From NCBI GenBank assembly GCA_027295775.1, contig JAPUKG010000007.1:276-64275 (forward strand): 64,000 nucleotides of DNA, given 5' to 3'. The notes under the pieces are model-generated. The model saw only the letters and a list, made by a program, of their open reading frames with translations, was not told where the DNA came from and did no database searches. This DNA comes from Pseudomonadota bacterium. GTDB lineage: Bacteria; Myxococcota_A; UBA9160; UBA4427. Below, one piece after another: positions 63,377-64,000 of this stretch (position 1 is the first letter of the stretch; every line of letters starts with the position of its first letter). The position numbers were made by a program, and so were the translations under genes.

Positions 63377-64000
63377 CTATCGGAAGTCCCTGCGCTCGAA
63401 AACATAGGCGGCCACGCACAGCAGCGCCGCCGCGTAGCCGATCCCGTAGGCCACCGGGAGCCAGATCTCCGCCGCGGAGATCGGCAGGCCATGGGCCGCG
63501 TGGAGACTCAGGTTGAAGCTCTCCAGGTTGGGCAGGACCCGGTGGATCACCACGGTGAACGTCCCGAAGCCCTCGACGTCGCCCTGCGCGCCGAGCTGGC
63601 GAAGATCCCGGGTCAGGTGTCCGAGCATGTAGATCCCGACCGAGAAGAGCGACGAGAGCAGCGGGGTGGTGAACGCCGAGAAGAGCGTCGCCACCGCCAC
63701 GATCACCATGACCTCGATTCCGGTCAGCCCGATGGCCGCGGCGTGCGCCAGATCGATGGGCGCTCCCGTGGCGAACGAAACGGCCGCGAAGGCGACGCTC
63801 ATGATTGCGAGCTGCAGCCAGGTGGTGAGCACGAGACCCACGTACTTCCCCACCAGGAACTCGCTTCGCGAGATCGGCTTGGACAGGATGGTGTAGATGG
63901 TGCGGCGATCTACTTCGCCGTGGATCAGCCCCACCCCGAGAAAGATCGCGATACCCACGCTGAACAGGCGGATCGCCGCGAGGCCCACGTCCTGGAAGAT
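63377..64000 (-). CDS. ABC-2-type transporter permease, C-terminal part (gene continues beyond right edge)
   Basis: A polytopic hydrophobic ORF; GEVDRRTIYTILSKPISRSEFLVGKYVG is the ABC-2/NosY-like pattern. The frame stays open to position 64000 (…IFQDVGLAAIRLF). Confidence 0.7.
   Translation of the reverse strand: MFQDVGLAAIRLFSVGIAIFLGVGLIHGEVDRRTIYTILSKPISRSEFLVGKYVGLVLTTWLQLAIMSVAFAAVSFATGAPIDLAHAAAIGLTGIEVMVIVAVATLFSAFTTPLLSSLFSVGIYMLGHLTRDLRQLGAQGDVEGFGTFTVVIHRVLPNLESFNLSLHAAHGLPISAAEIWLPVAYGIGYAAALLCVAAYVFERRDFR

Overview
Very GC-rich bacterial chromosomal segment; third codon positions are almost all G/C. The protein repertoire (DUF4388/PatA-N-like domains, MJ0042 zinc ribbon, LpxI, large che-like cluster) suggests a Myxococcota/deltaproteobacterial-type genome, but that is inference only.

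The window is almost fully coding. I support about 57 protein genes and 1 tRNA. All but four genes (LPS kinase, GT4, rpsT, gltX) lie on the minus strand. Very many junctions are 1-, 4- or 8-nt stop/start overlaps (ATGA, GTGA, TTGA, TGATG).

Gene content from left to right:
- GT2 (partial), rel, gmk, remA-like and yicC.
- An LPS core / lipid A / outer-membrane block: GT2, two GT9 heptosyltransferases, Kdo/WaaP-type kinase, GT4, lpxK, waaA, lpxB, a Gfo/Idh/MocA oxidoreductase, lpxI, lpxA, skp, bamA, lolD, lolC/E.
- lysS, prfB (classical +1 frameshift, located by eye), lnt, ybeY, phoH.
- A DUF4388 membrane protein, a TPR/zinc-ribbon membrane protein, rpsT, holA, lptE.
- A 17-kb, 13-gene chemosensory-like supercluster.
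- An M17-N-like protein, nusB, ribH, ribD, nrdR, glyA.
- fabF, acpP, fabD, rpmF, yceD, gltX.
- A sulfatase-superfamily gene with an in-frame stop, tRNA-Gln(CUG), a prepilin peptidase and an ABC-2 permease (partial).

I saw no CRISPR array, transposase, integrase or phage genes.

The best candidate for an undescribed system is the che-like supercluster at 33392-50444. It has 2 MCP paralogs with an atypical tip motif, 2 CheW, CheA, 2 CheY, CheB and CheR. Five non-canonical partners are interleaved with these: a HEAT-repeat protein, an MJ0042-zinc-ribbon pseudo-receiver, a coiled-coil-GAF protein, and a PatA-N-like/REC-like/GAF-like protein.

Other observations worth a second look:
- Two independent 35-nt tandem duplications of translation-initiation junctions that create relay uORFs (cheY and yceD-rpmF).
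- A 37-nt motif shared in identical register across the stop codons of fabF and the prepilin peptidase.
- N-terminal extensions on BamA and LolC/E.

Most long ORFs in the supplied track that oppose or overlap these genes are GC-driven shadow ORFs.
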